Part shown: positions 1-12,050 of the stretch, piece after piece | Numbering within the stretch: position 1 is the first letter of the stretch | How the letters are laid out: the number at the start of each line of letters is the position of its first letter | Assembly: GCA_028534125.1 (NCBI GenBank) | Contig: CM052816.1 | Location: 66,218,001-66,282,000, forward strand | DNA: 64,000 nucleotides | Reading direction: 5' to 3' | DNA from: Lama glama | Taxonomy: Eukaryota | The notes under the pieces: generated by a model | The model's input: only the letters and a program-made list of their open reading frames with translations | What the model was told of the DNA's origin: nothing | Database searches by the model: none | Translations under genes and position numbers: made by a program

Positions 1-2965
1 ACATCCCCAAAAGCTGAAATGAGGATCCACTCCACAGATGGCTGTTTAGAGGAAACAATTTCCAGTCCAAGCTTTTATTTACTTAAGAATAGAAAGGAAG
101 GCCCCCAAACCAAAGCTCTTGGAAGTATCTGCTCAAAACAAGCAAGGTTTGTTTCTAAAAGTAATTGGAGGGTTCGGGTGGTGAGGAAGTGGGTGGCAGA
201 TAAGAGAAGTTCAGACGTGAAACAGTTAATTCAGTTGCATCAAAGACAAAAGGTGGATGTCTACAATTTATAAACTAACACGAGCACATACTTTGTAAGG
301 TGTCTTGTTCTTTTGAATACAAATTTAGTTAAGCCATTAGTATAAATGGTCTGGGTTATTTAAGCTGTTGGCAGATGGAGAGAATGTAGGAGGTACTGTG
401 TGCATGCTGACCAAAAGGCAGAAAAACCTTGGCGCGGCCATGTTATAATTTACAAGTGATAGAGCTTGATGCCAATACAAGTTTGCTTAGTTAACCCTGG
501 GCTGCCTCCTCTTTTGCCAAATTTGACGTTAAAACAAGGATCTCTTGATGAGATTAGAAATAGAGGATTTTCTCTCTTTCCATGTGTTTGACAGCAGGAG
601 TACAGGTGCTTAATTCACTTGAGCTCTGTGACAATCCTTTCTGGAAACTTCTCACTTAGTGAAATTCACACCAGGGTGCGAGCTTCAGAACTTAGCATCA
701 ATTAGGTAGGCTTCACTTCCAGTGAGGTTTGTAAAGTAGAAATTATCGAATGTTCTTGGCAATGACACCTGGGCTGTTGCTGTATCATGCTCCTCTGACC
801 GGCACCACGTGGTTCAACTTGGGTGTGTCTGACATGGTGTAAGTGGGCACCGGGCTTTGGTCTTCTGGTTCTAGGGCCGATTAATTTCAATAGCAATGAG
901 TTCTTCAGGGGAGGAGTTTACAAGAGGGTAAACTCAACTCTTCCCACTTTTCTACTCTCTCTCATTTTGCTTTCCATTTTACGATACTGCACCAATCAAG
1001 GTCCTTCTGAAGAAGCCATCTGAAACATCGCACTTAGGTCCTTGACATCTGTATGTATGTATGTGAGATTGGGGCTGAGAGAGGAGGGGAAGGTCTTCCT
1101 GACTTTATTACTTCATATTAGATTATAAAAGTTAGCTTAACAACTATCTTTTAACATGGCCACTTTCTAGTCTAAGATACAGAAATACTACAATATCATG
1201 CAAACAGGCTTCTGCTTTGCACAGCCCCCAACTTCTCTCTTTCCCTTCACTTAATTTCTGTGACTTTTGGAAGCTGGTTGCCCCATTAAAATCTAATAAA
1301 GCATTAATGTTTTCTTGTCTTCACGAAGCCTGTCTTGCAGAGTGCCAAAGTGAAAATTTATTGCCAATTAGTGGATCACAAACTAAGAAGATGAGAAGTA
1401 AGAATGTGGGTATGCTTGAGATATCCCACATACTCTCTCCTCTACTGTTCATCTTCTAACTTACTAATCATGTATGTGACCTAGTTCCCTGACTTGCAGG
1501 CATTTATCCTCCAAAGACCACTTTGGTTATATGCATCTTTCTCTCTCAATAGCCTTGTTCAATAAACTTAGACTCCATTCTTTCATAGGAAGTATCTGTT
1601 TTTGAAAAGAGAAAAAAATCTTTATCATGATCACCAAAAAAGGGGAAAGTTGACCTCTTAAAACTGTTCTTCCAAATCTGCCATCCGTGTCTGCTACCTC
1701 CTGAGAGTCCTAGCTGTCAACGGTGCTGACTAGTGGTGTGGATGCCATGTTTCCTGATGGGATTGGTTTGCTTGTTATTCAAATGGTCTTCAGGAAATCT
1801 GAGTGTTCCTATGGTTTCCTTTTTCCTCTCCAATTGCTTATGGTGTCTTAAAGTATTTCTGGAACTCTCAGCTCCAAAGAGTATTCTGAGTAATTTAAGC
1901 ATGTTTAACATTAATAGCCTTACAGAATGCAGATATGTCTTAAAAAGTATAAACACTTGGACTGAAAAATATTAGAGATGAAAATTATTTTTTCCTCAAC
2001 CTGAGAACCATCAAGATACTGTTTAAATAACTTGTAACTAGGAATAACCTAGGGAGGTGTGAGCAGAAGGCAGTGGTCTGTGAAGTAAGTCTACATCCTA
2101 TGGGAAGAGGGGCTTCAGCTTGACCTCTGTTCCAAGAGTTGGTGATGGTTCTAGAAAGTTGTTGGGGGGGCTTTGTTATGGGGGGAGGTCAGGCTTTGGA
2201 AATTCTTGGTTCAGATGCTTGTCATATAACACATTCAGCAGATACCTCAGTCCATCAGAGCCCTCAGATTTGCAAAAAGTTGGGAGGAGCAGTCCTGGGT
2301 TAGGAATTCCTTCCTTAAGCATCTAAACTAAGATGACTATTCACTTCTAGTCAGGTAAATATTAATCTCTCAGGAAATTTGCAAGGGCATTAAACAACAT
2401 TTCCATTTCTTTATAGTCAATGGTCTTCTTAATAACACTGAAAAGTAGATTTATTTCCTGAACTGTAGACTGACCAGAGCCATGACAGTATCCCTAGTCA
2501 TAAATAAAATTTCCACTTGATTTTCAATTAAGAATACAGCAAATAAGTTCTCTGAGATCTCCCCCAGCCCATACCACACACACAACCAATTCCTTGGTTC
2601 TCATCCCTACAGGTGAAAAGCAGAATTTGAACCCATGGCACAGAAGTCAGTTGCACTGAAATTATAATTGGAGGTCCCAGCAGTCGCTTAATCTAAGAAA
2701 TCTGAAACACAAAGAGCCTAGAAGACAGGTAACAAATCACATGCAAATACCAGATGTTTGTAAATGGATAGTCCTTACAAATTTAAGATCACATATTTGC
2801 CACATATTAACAGAGGAAATCTCCCCAGAATTGAATGCATGTACGAGCCACTGACATCAACGATTTCCCTCCAATAATTATTAGGCAGTATAAGTGAAGG
2901 CTAATCGACCATTTATAAATGCTGTTTTTAGCAACCAACCCTCCGGAGCTGCCTGTGTGGGGACA
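1..2965 (-). other. RAB3C: RAB3C 3' UTR (probably continuing beyond the window)
   Basis: Directly downstream of the stop codon and largely repeat-free. Minus-strand AATAAA at 2450-2455, 1357-1362, 1104-1109 and 74-79. The real 3' end cannot be fixed from sequence. Confidence 0.7.
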
Positions 2966-3153
2966 TTAACAGCCACAGCTGGGCTGCGGTGGAGGCGGGG
3001 TGTCCTTGAGTCTCGTGTTCTGCTTCGCCGCAGTGAGGGCTGGGTCAGTCTCCAAACTCTCTGACATTTTGTCGCAGATGATATCCACGAGGCGCTCAAA
3101 TGTCTGCTTGACGTTAATGTTATCCTTGGCACTTGTTTCAAAAAACTCAAAAC
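2966..3153 (-). CDS. RAB3C: RAB3C last coding exon (G5 motif ETSAK, hypervariable tail, C-terminal CxC)
   Basis: Translates (G)[64 protein letters not shown]. Acceptor tttcttccag|GT at 3154/3153; phase 1 matches the upstream exon. The tail KQNTRLK(D/E)TPPPPQPxCxC is RAB3C-type among Rab3 paralogues. Confidence 0.96.
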
Positions 3154-5434
3154 CTGGAAGAAACATAGGGAAACACAGCTCAGTTATTTCATACTGTTGC
3201 TGAAATTAAATGGGACTCAGTGACGGTGGGGCAGTAGTGGCTGGTGCATTTGGTTTGGGTGAGAAATGAGAGGCAGGCATGAGATGCCATTTGGACAAAG
3301 GCTACTATCTTGTGAGCCATTAATCAAGAATGAGAGCTATAAAGTAGAATTACTGACAGTCCCATCTTACTCTCTTTAGACAAAAAACAAAAACAAACAA
3401 ACAAAAAAACAACCTTGGCAGGAGTTAATAATTACCGAGTCTGTCTCTGCCATCTCTTCCCCCATGACCTGGCTCACCATGTAGCCTCTTCCAGTCTTTT
3501 CTAGGACTAGTGTTACTTAGCGTTTTTTTTGTTTTCTGTCTATTTCAGGTTGTACCAAAATCATTATGCTCCTGAACTCCAGCATAATCCAGCTCCAGCT
3601 TTTTCCCTGTCTGTCCTACTGCTGCCTCGGGAAGTGTTTGTAGGTAAGCCTCTGGTAAATTTCCAGTATTTAGCTGGACACTAACTGGACACAAGATGGC
3701 ACTAAAGAATCACTGGATTTACCTTAAGTGTGCTTCAGCCTCCTTAAAGAAATTTTTGAGTGGTATTAGCCTAACAGTCCTCCAGGGCTTTGTATATACC
3801 ATTGCATCTAGCTACCGGTGCTGAGTTTGCCATAGCTTCTGTTATCTGTCAGCAGCAATGTTTTTAATCAACATCTGGAAAAGGACAACGATAGATTTCA
3901 AATGAACTGCCACAAGTGCAAGAAGGTACAAAAAAGTCAGTGACAGATGCATGCTTCTCCTGATGTGTCACTGTACCTGGGCAGAAGCAGCCTTAGGAGC
4001 TGCTCTATACCCAATCTTATCACTCTATTGTTTGCATTCACATTCCACGAGCTGAGCTTGCCCGACAGTTGCCATGACAACCTCCCCACTAGGCCAGAGA
4101 TTGCTCTGGTCCATTCCAGGGATGTTGATTTAGGAGGTATTGGGCTAAAACACAGAAATGCTTTCCTAATCCATTCTGAATTTTACACCCTATAAATCCT
4201 TCCGGTTACATCTGGCCCTATCTGTGAGGAGCCACATGGATTCAGAATGATGAAATCATGTGATTTCATCCCAGCTCTTGGGGCCAAAGGAGAAAAAAAA
4301 AAAGGCTTAATATTTTGCATGCATGTCAAAAATGCACTTATATCCAGAAATACGTATTTTCTTAAGCAGTACTGGAGAGAGGAAAAATGAAAAGAATTTT
4401 GGGGGAATTAAAATTTCTTAATTAAGATAGATGACTGTATCTGAGCTTGAATTTCATTCGTTACTAGCTATTGTGTATTCTGTTGTCAAAATCCAAGTGA
4501 ATAACCCACAGGATTTGAGCTGAAGGAGAGAGAATGAGTGGAGCCAGGTTCTATAAAAAAGCAGTGGACATATTATTTCAAGGCCTCTGTGGCTTGTATT
4601 TCTCTTTCATTTGTCTCTGGACAACGCTTGTATGTAGAGCACTCTTAAATTCTGCATTTCTTTACAGAAAAGGCGATCTGGCATTAGCAGAATTCTCTGT
4701 CCTAATGTTTGCAGTCTGTTCAGCGATTCAATCCAGTTTTTGGAAAGAGCAGTAGCTTAGATCCATTCTTGCCTAGAAGTCGGAACTGCTTGTATCCTTG
4801 TGGGGCTTTTCTTGGTGATAACAGGAGGGTGCTTTAAGCCATGAGAGGACCAAACCCCACTGAGGGCAAGATACCAAGATGAGACTTTAGGGAAAAAGCA
4901 TTCCATAATTTGGCACAAAGATTTCACTTACAGGTTCAATTCTCTCACCTCTTATGCTGACATGTCTAATTAGCATAATCTGGGGAGAGCACTGAACTTG
5001 AAGGGTATCAGTAAAGATCTGGTCATTGTAAAAAACAAACAAAAAAGTAATTCATACAAACATTTGTCAAACGTGATTCCTTTAATCTCGGCTTTGAGAC
5101 ACAAAATGATCTTTGATGCCAAGAGCCAGAATGCTTCCACCCTCTTGACCTTAACCTGGAACCCCAGGAAGATATGGCCACTAAGGAGAGTGTGTGCCTG
5201 GGAGAGAACATCATATTAGAACAGCCCTCCAGAAGAGCTGGAGAAAGAGATGCCAGACTGCGGTGAGGGGGATGAAGCAGCAGGAGGATGGCAGCTCTAG
5301 ACACACTAGCACTAATTACTGGCCTGATGACCATGGGAGATGTTTTTATTCTCATGTTCCTTACTGATGACATTTGTCTTCCTTAGCTTAGAGGGTGATC
5401 ATAAGCTCAAATGAGAAAATGTATGTCACAGTGC

Positions 5435-5891
5435 TGCGAACTAAAAATTGGCACACGTTGGCCAGCTAACTCAGGGGCTGCAGTGGCTCGTGACTTAATC
5501 CAGAGTTCTGACACACCCTGAAAGGAGTTCAGGATGGGGGTCAGGAATGAGGCACTCTGTGCTCTGGGAAAACTGGCTGAACAGGCCTTCAGATAGCGAG
5601 ATATGTTCAGGAGAAGATTTTATGATCCCAATTCTTGTGTCTCCTCATATCTAGAAAGGCACTAAAATCATTACAGGTGACATCTGCTCCTCGTGACTAG
5701 CATCAAGCCTCCACCTAAATACGTGCTTGACTGCACGTGCCCTCCCCTTCACTGAAATCGAACATAATACTGAGTGTTCCCCCTGCCTCCTTGGAACAGT
5801 TTCTCAGAGCTTTCTGAGATGCTGTCTCCAGGGCTATAGAATTTTTGTCCCAAATAAAACAATTCTCACGTTGTGTGATTTTCATTTGACA
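5435..5891 (+). mobile_element. 5' LTR of an endogenous retrovirus
   Basis: Starts at a TG (approximate) after a MIR-like fragment; AATAAA at 5853-5858; ends ...GACA at 5891, just before a PBS and gag. Confidence 0.75.
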
Positions 5892-5895
5892 GTTT

Positions 5896-5915
5896 TGTCG
5901 ACCCCATGAAGGGAC
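5896..5915 (+). promoter_or_regulatory. Degenerate primer-binding site, tRNA-Arg(TCG)-like
   Basis: TGTCGACCCCATGAAGGGAC versus TGGCGACCACGAAGGGAC (complement of the tRNA-Arg-TCG 3' end, recalled); 4 nt after the LTR CA. Confidence 0.65.
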
Positions 5916-6303
5916 CCAGAGCAGACTTCTCCCCTTTGCCTGAATTCTGCGAGGAACCTGAGCCTTGGTACCAGCAGAGGCCCTTTGCACCCATCCACCT
6001 CCTCGGGATGTCCAGATGAATTCGGGTGAGTCTCTCCTGGTTCTCGAATCTCCCATATTAGTTGATGAGCCTGAGTTTTCGTTGGTGGTGTATCCAGGTA
6101 CCTGGCCCTCCAGTTGAGAGACACTAGAGGGAAATCCCCACCCATTGGAGAGGTGCTGGATGGGGCCTGGTTGAAAGATGCCAGGGTCTGGACTGAGTAG
6201 TTAGGTAAGAGGCTGAGCTGACACTTTTCCTCAACTTGGCTACCTCAACTGACTTTGTCAGGGATAAAATTTCACTTTTATCCCTGATAAATTCAACTTT
6301 AAA

Positions 6304-7622
6304 ATGGGAAATAGAGTCTTTCAGAGAAATGAGGGGTGTCAGAAAACAACCTCCCACTAACACCCCAGCCAGATTCATGTAGTACTTGCAAGTACCTACT
6401 TAACTGGGGAAATTATACTAAAGGAGATCTCAATCTAAAATGGCCAAATTAGGGTTCCTTTAATATTCTAAAATTGATATTTTTGTGTGCATAGTTAGAA
6501 AAAGCTGGCTGTAAGATCAAACATACTGAATGGAATGCTTATGTGATTGGTATTTAGAAGCTTCTGAAAGAGGAAATCATAAAGTAAAGTAACTTCTTTT
6601 CAGGAAACCAACAAGAAATTGCTTGACACTATATTGGAATTTAAAGAGGCCACTAGCACTGACACACTCTCCCTCTGCTCCTCCCACGTATCCTCTTCTA
6701 TCTGAATTCCTAGTGCAGATGCTGTCTCTTCCACTTCCTGCTTTTCCCTCTTCCCCTGTGAAGAAGGATGAAAAAATCAGAGGTGATTATAGCTCTCTTT
6801 AAGGAGAAACCTATTACAGGGAGAGGTGAACTGTCACTGGTGCTTATGTATACACCCTGGACCTGAGCAGGACTTAGAGCCTTGGCTAAGGAATTTCAGT
6901 CCAAGGTAGGAGCCATTGGGATTTGCTAAGGAGGTTGAGTTAACCATCTGGACCTATGAGCTTGGGTTTTCAGATCTATGTCAATTAGTTTCTGAAAGCA
7001 AAGCAAGGGAATGGCCAGAGAAAGCAGGTTGTAAGCAACTTCTAATGGACTTTGAATTACATAGTCCACAGGCTTGCACTGAATGCAAGGAATTAGCTCA
7101 AAAATTACTCAAACTTACTCCAGAGCTTTTCCAAACAACTGCAGACTAGACAGAGATTGGGCAGTGCAAGCAAAGACCTGATGAACCAATTTTGGACTGT
7201 CACAAAAGGTTTGAAAAAGTTTTTAAGCAATATTCTGGCTTGACGGCTGAATCATTCTCTAATCACCAAAATGATCCTTTATCTTTTAGAAGGCTTGGAT
7301 GAGGAATTGACTACTCTAGTCAAAGGACACAATCTAGGTTGGTCTGTATTGCCTATAAACACCTTTGTTACACTGGCTGACCAACTTTTCAAGACCATTA
7401 AAAAGAAAGAAAAGGGGATCTTTACAAAAATCATGAACCTTCAATTGTGCCAGTTAAGTACTCAATGCCAGTAGAAAGTTAACTGATCCCTGTTCAATAG
7501 AGAAAACCAAAGGTTGCTTTTACTGCAGAAAACCAGGGCATCAGAAAATAAATTGTAAGTTAAGGAGAAGCCTAGAAGGAAAACTGGATTTTACACTGGA
7601 ATTTCGAGTTAAACCAGAATAG
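6304..7622 (+). pseudogene. gag: ERV gag remnant (disrupted)
   Basis: ATG-GGA start (Met-Gly myristoylation context); matrix-like LKWPN*GSF; capsid-like GFAKEVELTIWTYELGFSDL; MHR-like QCKQRPDE; zinc knuckle CFYCRKPGHQKINC at 7515-7556, in frame with TAG-G at 7620-7623. Confidence 0.85.
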
Positions 7623-8255
7623 GGCTGCTCCAAGGGAACATGGGGAGTCTTTTCCCTTCTCCTCTCAACACTCTAGAAGTAGAAATGATTATACAAGGAG
7701 AAACAAAGCCCTGATAGATGCAGTTACCTTTAGAATTCTCCTTAAGGGAAGTCACTCCTTTTTTTCTAGTAGAAAGTGCTCCCATTCACCTGATAGGCAG
7801 AGATTTCTTAGAAACTATGAAGCCCATCTTTCCTTTACTCTTAAGGGAGAAATGTTTCTAGATCTAAAGGACCGATCAGACTTCCATCATCATACAGTGT
7901 TTGTGACCCATGCCGAGGATGACACTGAACAAGACAAATTACTAGGCTTAGTACCTTAAGAATTATGGGCACTCGATTCCAGCGACCTTGGAAGAATACA
8001 ATCTGCATCACCCATTAAAATACTCCTCATTCTGTACTGCCACACCCACCCACCTTACTCATATTCCTAAAAGCAGAGACTTCTTTTCTGTGATAGATCT
8101 CTGTAGCACTTTTTAGTATTCCTGTAGATCCAGATGATCAGTATCTTTTTTTGCCTCTACTTGCAATGAGAGGCAATATACATGGACTGTAATGCCACAG
8201 GGCTATACTGAAAGCCCCACTTTCTTCTCCCAGATACTAAAAGCAGACCTAGAAA
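7623..8255 (+). pseudogene. pol: ERV protease and N-terminal reverse transcriptase remnant
   Basis: ALIDA (protease active-site region, ~7709); PIHLIGRDFLE (~7781); RT motifs FSVIDLCSTF, SIPVDPDDQYLF and QYTWTVMPQGYTESPTFFSQILKADL. Frameshifted, with deletions, and ends before YxDD. Confidence 0.88.
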
Positions 8256-10430
8256 ATCTTATCAGAATTCTGACACTGAGGGAACAAGTCCTAGGAAACT
8301 TGCTTTTCTCTCCTGTGCCTTAAGACCAGGGCTCTCAGGAATTTTTATCTCATCTAAACCATCTCTAATTCCTGAGACTGCAGGAAAGAAAGGAAAGACG
8401 CTTTTAAGATCTAACCTATTCCAACTGAAACTAGTGACTTTCACATTGTGATACCTGATCCATGACCAAGTTTAGAAAATGAAACTATGACATCTCTGTG
8501 TCTGTCTGTATGTCTATGCATATATTACATGTCTTTACCTTTGAATGGTAGTATTAAAATTAATTTGTAAATGAGCTCTACTTAATTGACTTAAAGGAAA
8601 TTAAGCAATTATATAAATTCTCAGAAATATAAAAGGAAACTGGCCAGAATGAATTTTAGGTTCATGGGAAATACTCAAAATTAAATTAATACCTGGTGTT
8701 AAGGTTTGCTGATTTAATTAACAGACATGTCTTTAGTAATTGCTTATTTCTTAGTTTTCACTAAAATTGAGATTTTTAAGAGTTGAGGGTTCTATTTTAA
8801 AAATTTAATTAAAGGTAGGTTTATTCTATAGCTGGTTGTTTCTGGATGGAGAAAAATAGGGGCAAATTATATGGATACACAAAATGATAAAAGGTTTGTG
8901 GAAAAGGAACCCTAAGAAGAGAGCTTTGTGCATGATCAGGATTGGTTAAATTTAGATTTAATTTAAAAATTAAACGGATTTGGTTGTTAAAAGTAAGCTG
9001 GTGCAAAACTTGAATTTAGTGTTTCTCTCTGATAAGACTTAAAGATAAACTTATACTGTTTCTTTAACTGCCAAGCTGTTATAACTTTCCATATTTGCCC
9101 TTGCCAAAGTGGTAATAAAACATTTCAAAGGGAATAAGTATTGTTTCACAGTGACCTATGATCCTGTCTGACCAAGTGTTTTAAAACCTTTTTGATATTT
9201 TTTTTGACAAACTTCCCAAATCAAATTTTAGTGAAGTTGCTTTGACGTCTGGCTAACTTCAGGATGCTTCAAAGGGCCCCTGAAACATCCCCCAAAGAGA
9301 TATTAAACTAATTAGGTTTATTTGGTATGTTAAATTGCATGGGAAGTATTGTCAAATAAGTAATCTTCTTAGGTTATATTAGGAAAGAATTTTAATATAG
9401 ATATTCTAGAAATACAGAACTATTAAAAATCTGATATATCCTGGTAAAATGCTATCAGTCATAATTCTAGTTATTATCTTAAAATGTTATATGTCACAGT
9501 AGTACCCAAGTTTCTTGTCAATTGCATTGTAATCAAGTTTTTATGCCTGAAGTATTTTACCATTCGTAGATAGTTATGGTTTACTCCGATGCCTTTGCAA
9601 AATGCCTCCTCTTCAAGAAGGTTTACAGAAAAGACTTTTTTGATAAGTACAGGTTTCTGATAATGTTGAACTGGGTAAGAAATAAAAGAATTCTAATGGA
9701 AAACCTGATGGTTTCATAAAACTTGACAAAAGGATTAGTGACATAGGACCGAGTGGACCAGTGAACAATGGTTATAATTTTTATGGTTCCTGTCTGAAAC
9801 ATTACTGGCTTTTAATCTGTGTTTTGCAAATATAAAGAAACCCTTCTCCTTAAACTAATTATGCCTCAGCAATTTGGTAAATTATACGTATGTAAGCAGA
9901 CTTGGAACAGATCTTTCCAGTCTCTGGAGGGATCAGATAGAAATAAAACTCAGGTTCCCAGTGGCTTTATCAGGTAAATTAGGTGTAACACCACCTTCTA
10001 ACAGGTATAGGAATCTCAAGGTATTTGGGGACCTCGAAAAGAAAAGAATTCACCTAAATCTGTAAGGCAAAATCTGTGACAAGCCCTAGACGCGGCTTTC
10101 CTGGCCCTAGGCGACCTTATTAAAATTTCAGCCTGAGACTCCTTATGAAAAGCTCCAGCACAGCCAGTTTGAAAGAGCCTATATGATCAAACAATAAGAC
10201 TTAATTTGTGAATAAATTAATCTTGATTTGACTATAGTTGCTAAAAATGAGGGTAAATTTAGAGAGAAAAAGATTATGATTCAGTGAATATTAAATTCTA
10301 ACTTTGTTAATGGAGGTCTGTATTTATGGCCTAAGAATCACTTCCCAGATAGTTCCTTTTTGTTTGTTATATTACTGTAAAGTTTAATTAAATTATTAAA
10401 AGGACACTCTAAGTTGTCTAAAATCTACCT
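8256..10430 (+). mobile_element. AT-rich non-coding ERV internal segment (MER4-group-like)
   Basis: Lies between the RT and IN remnants, has no pol motifs, and resembles the AT-rich interiors of MER4-group non-autonomous ERV1 elements (recognition only). Confidence 0.6.
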
Positions 10431-10437
10431 GATGCCC

Positions 10438-10600
10438 CACGACCTGCAACCAGGAGACTATGCATACTGGAAAAGACACAATTTAAGGACTATCTCCAGC
10501 CTAGACAGAAGGACCTTTATCAGGTACTCTTAACTAGCTCATGCACAGTGCAACTGAAGGGAACTGACTCTTGGATTAATATCTCCACTTACAAAAGGCC
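10438..10600 (+). pseudogene. pol: ERV integrase C-terminal (GPY/F) remnant
   Basis: HDLQPGDYAYWKRH...DYLQPR...YQVLLTSSCTVQLKGTDSWI across frameshifts. Confidence 0.85.
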
Positions 10601-10779
10601 TCTGCACTGGACTTGCCTACAGAGAGGACTGCTGACCTTGAAAATCACCCCAAAACAATGCTCAAACAAAAGGAGAAGCTACCAGACCAGGATGAGAATA
10701 AGATAACATCGGAGGTAGACAGCTGACCCAAGACACCAGACCAGGCCTGTACACCAATTACCTTGATAATTGCTCACAC

Positions 10780-11480
10780 CTTCACTTATGAACTAAATGT
10801 ATTTCACAATCTTACGCACAGTTAAAGTTAATCCAATTGTTAGGTTTATGGTCAGTTACCTACATCCAGTACTTCTGGGTTACCTTGGTGGGTTTCCCCA
10901 CTCCAAGGCTCTAACTAGCTAGCCCTTAGAAAATGTATTCTAGCAGAAAGAAATTATAGTTCTACTTAGGCCACTATTATTGATATTATAGGTGGGATCC
11001 CCTCACCTGGCTAATTAATAATACCTGCTCTAAGCCTGGCCATAAATATAAGAAAATTCATAAGGTCACTCAAGCCATTCAAAGGAACAAGCAAATTTCA
11101 GCCAAAGACTATAACCTCCCTCAATTATGGGAAGGACCTATATGGTTAATACCAGGCTACGGTCATTTAAGTTTATGCTGGGAAAAATTAAACTCTACTA
11201 AGGACACCCACTCTAATAACACTAGGAAACCTGGGCATCTTATGAACAATGCCCGTGTAACAGCTCCCTTAAAGATAAAGGTTGGTACAGAACAGACTAA
11301 ATCAGATGACCCGGGGATACACTGGGCCACACCTAATGGATGTTCCTGCCTTAAATTCTTACTTAATTCTTACTTATGACTTTACTAATATTGTTAACTA
11401 TATTATTTGTATTTTGCTTATTTTAATTATTGTTTCTTGCATTGCCAAGTGTGTGACTGAGCCTCCGAAAAAATAATGAC
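10780..11480 (+). pseudogene. env: ERV env remnant with large internal deletion
   Basis: SNC*VYGQLPTSSTSGLPWWVSPLQG at 10832 (decayed CWxC SU motif); hydrophobic anchor-like IVNYIICILLILIIVSCIAKCV in ORF 11282-11476; no immunosuppressive domain or CX6CC visible. Confidence 0.7.
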
Positions 11481-11997
11481 TAGGTGACTTGAAGCAGTAG
11501 ATCAGATATATAAATGCCATGAAAACAGCAATATTGGTAACTAACCAACATTTGAATGGTTACTATATATAACAGGTACTATTTAAAACACTATACATTG
11601 TATTTTCTACAATTTCCTGCTAAGGAAACAGGCACCAAATTGCTGAGTATTTTGCTCAAATGTTTACTTAATCAGCCCATAGTGGCAAAGATGGCATTTG
11701 AACTATTAACGTGGACACTCCTGCTCCCTCAGATACTCTGCAGAAGCTCCTGTTAGAATTTCCAATTCAACTGGAACCAATGTCAATTAAGATAACAAAC
11801 TTTCATCAATTTAAATAATTAGAAAGCCATTAACTAGATTTAACACTGCCAGTGAACCTAACGAAACCTTTTTTCTTCTTAGTGATTCCAAAGTTTAGAT
11901 CATCAAGGTGGCCATCAGGGCAGCTCTATCTCTAGAGAGAATTATATAAAAGGTTCTGGAAATTAGCCTTCCATTGACCTCGGTTCTGTTCATCATA

Positions 11998-12050
11998 AAT
12001 GAGATATTCAGGATTGAAATCAACAATGAGATATTCAGGATTGAAATCAA
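11998..12050. repeat. Perfect tandem duplication, 27-bp period
   Basis: AATGAGATATTCAGGATTGAAATCAA at 11998-12023 and 12025-12050. Confidence 0.9.

Noticed and set aside
10780..11480. Domesticated env (syncytin-like) gene
   Set aside because: Multiple stops, mutated CWxC, and most of SU/TM missing.
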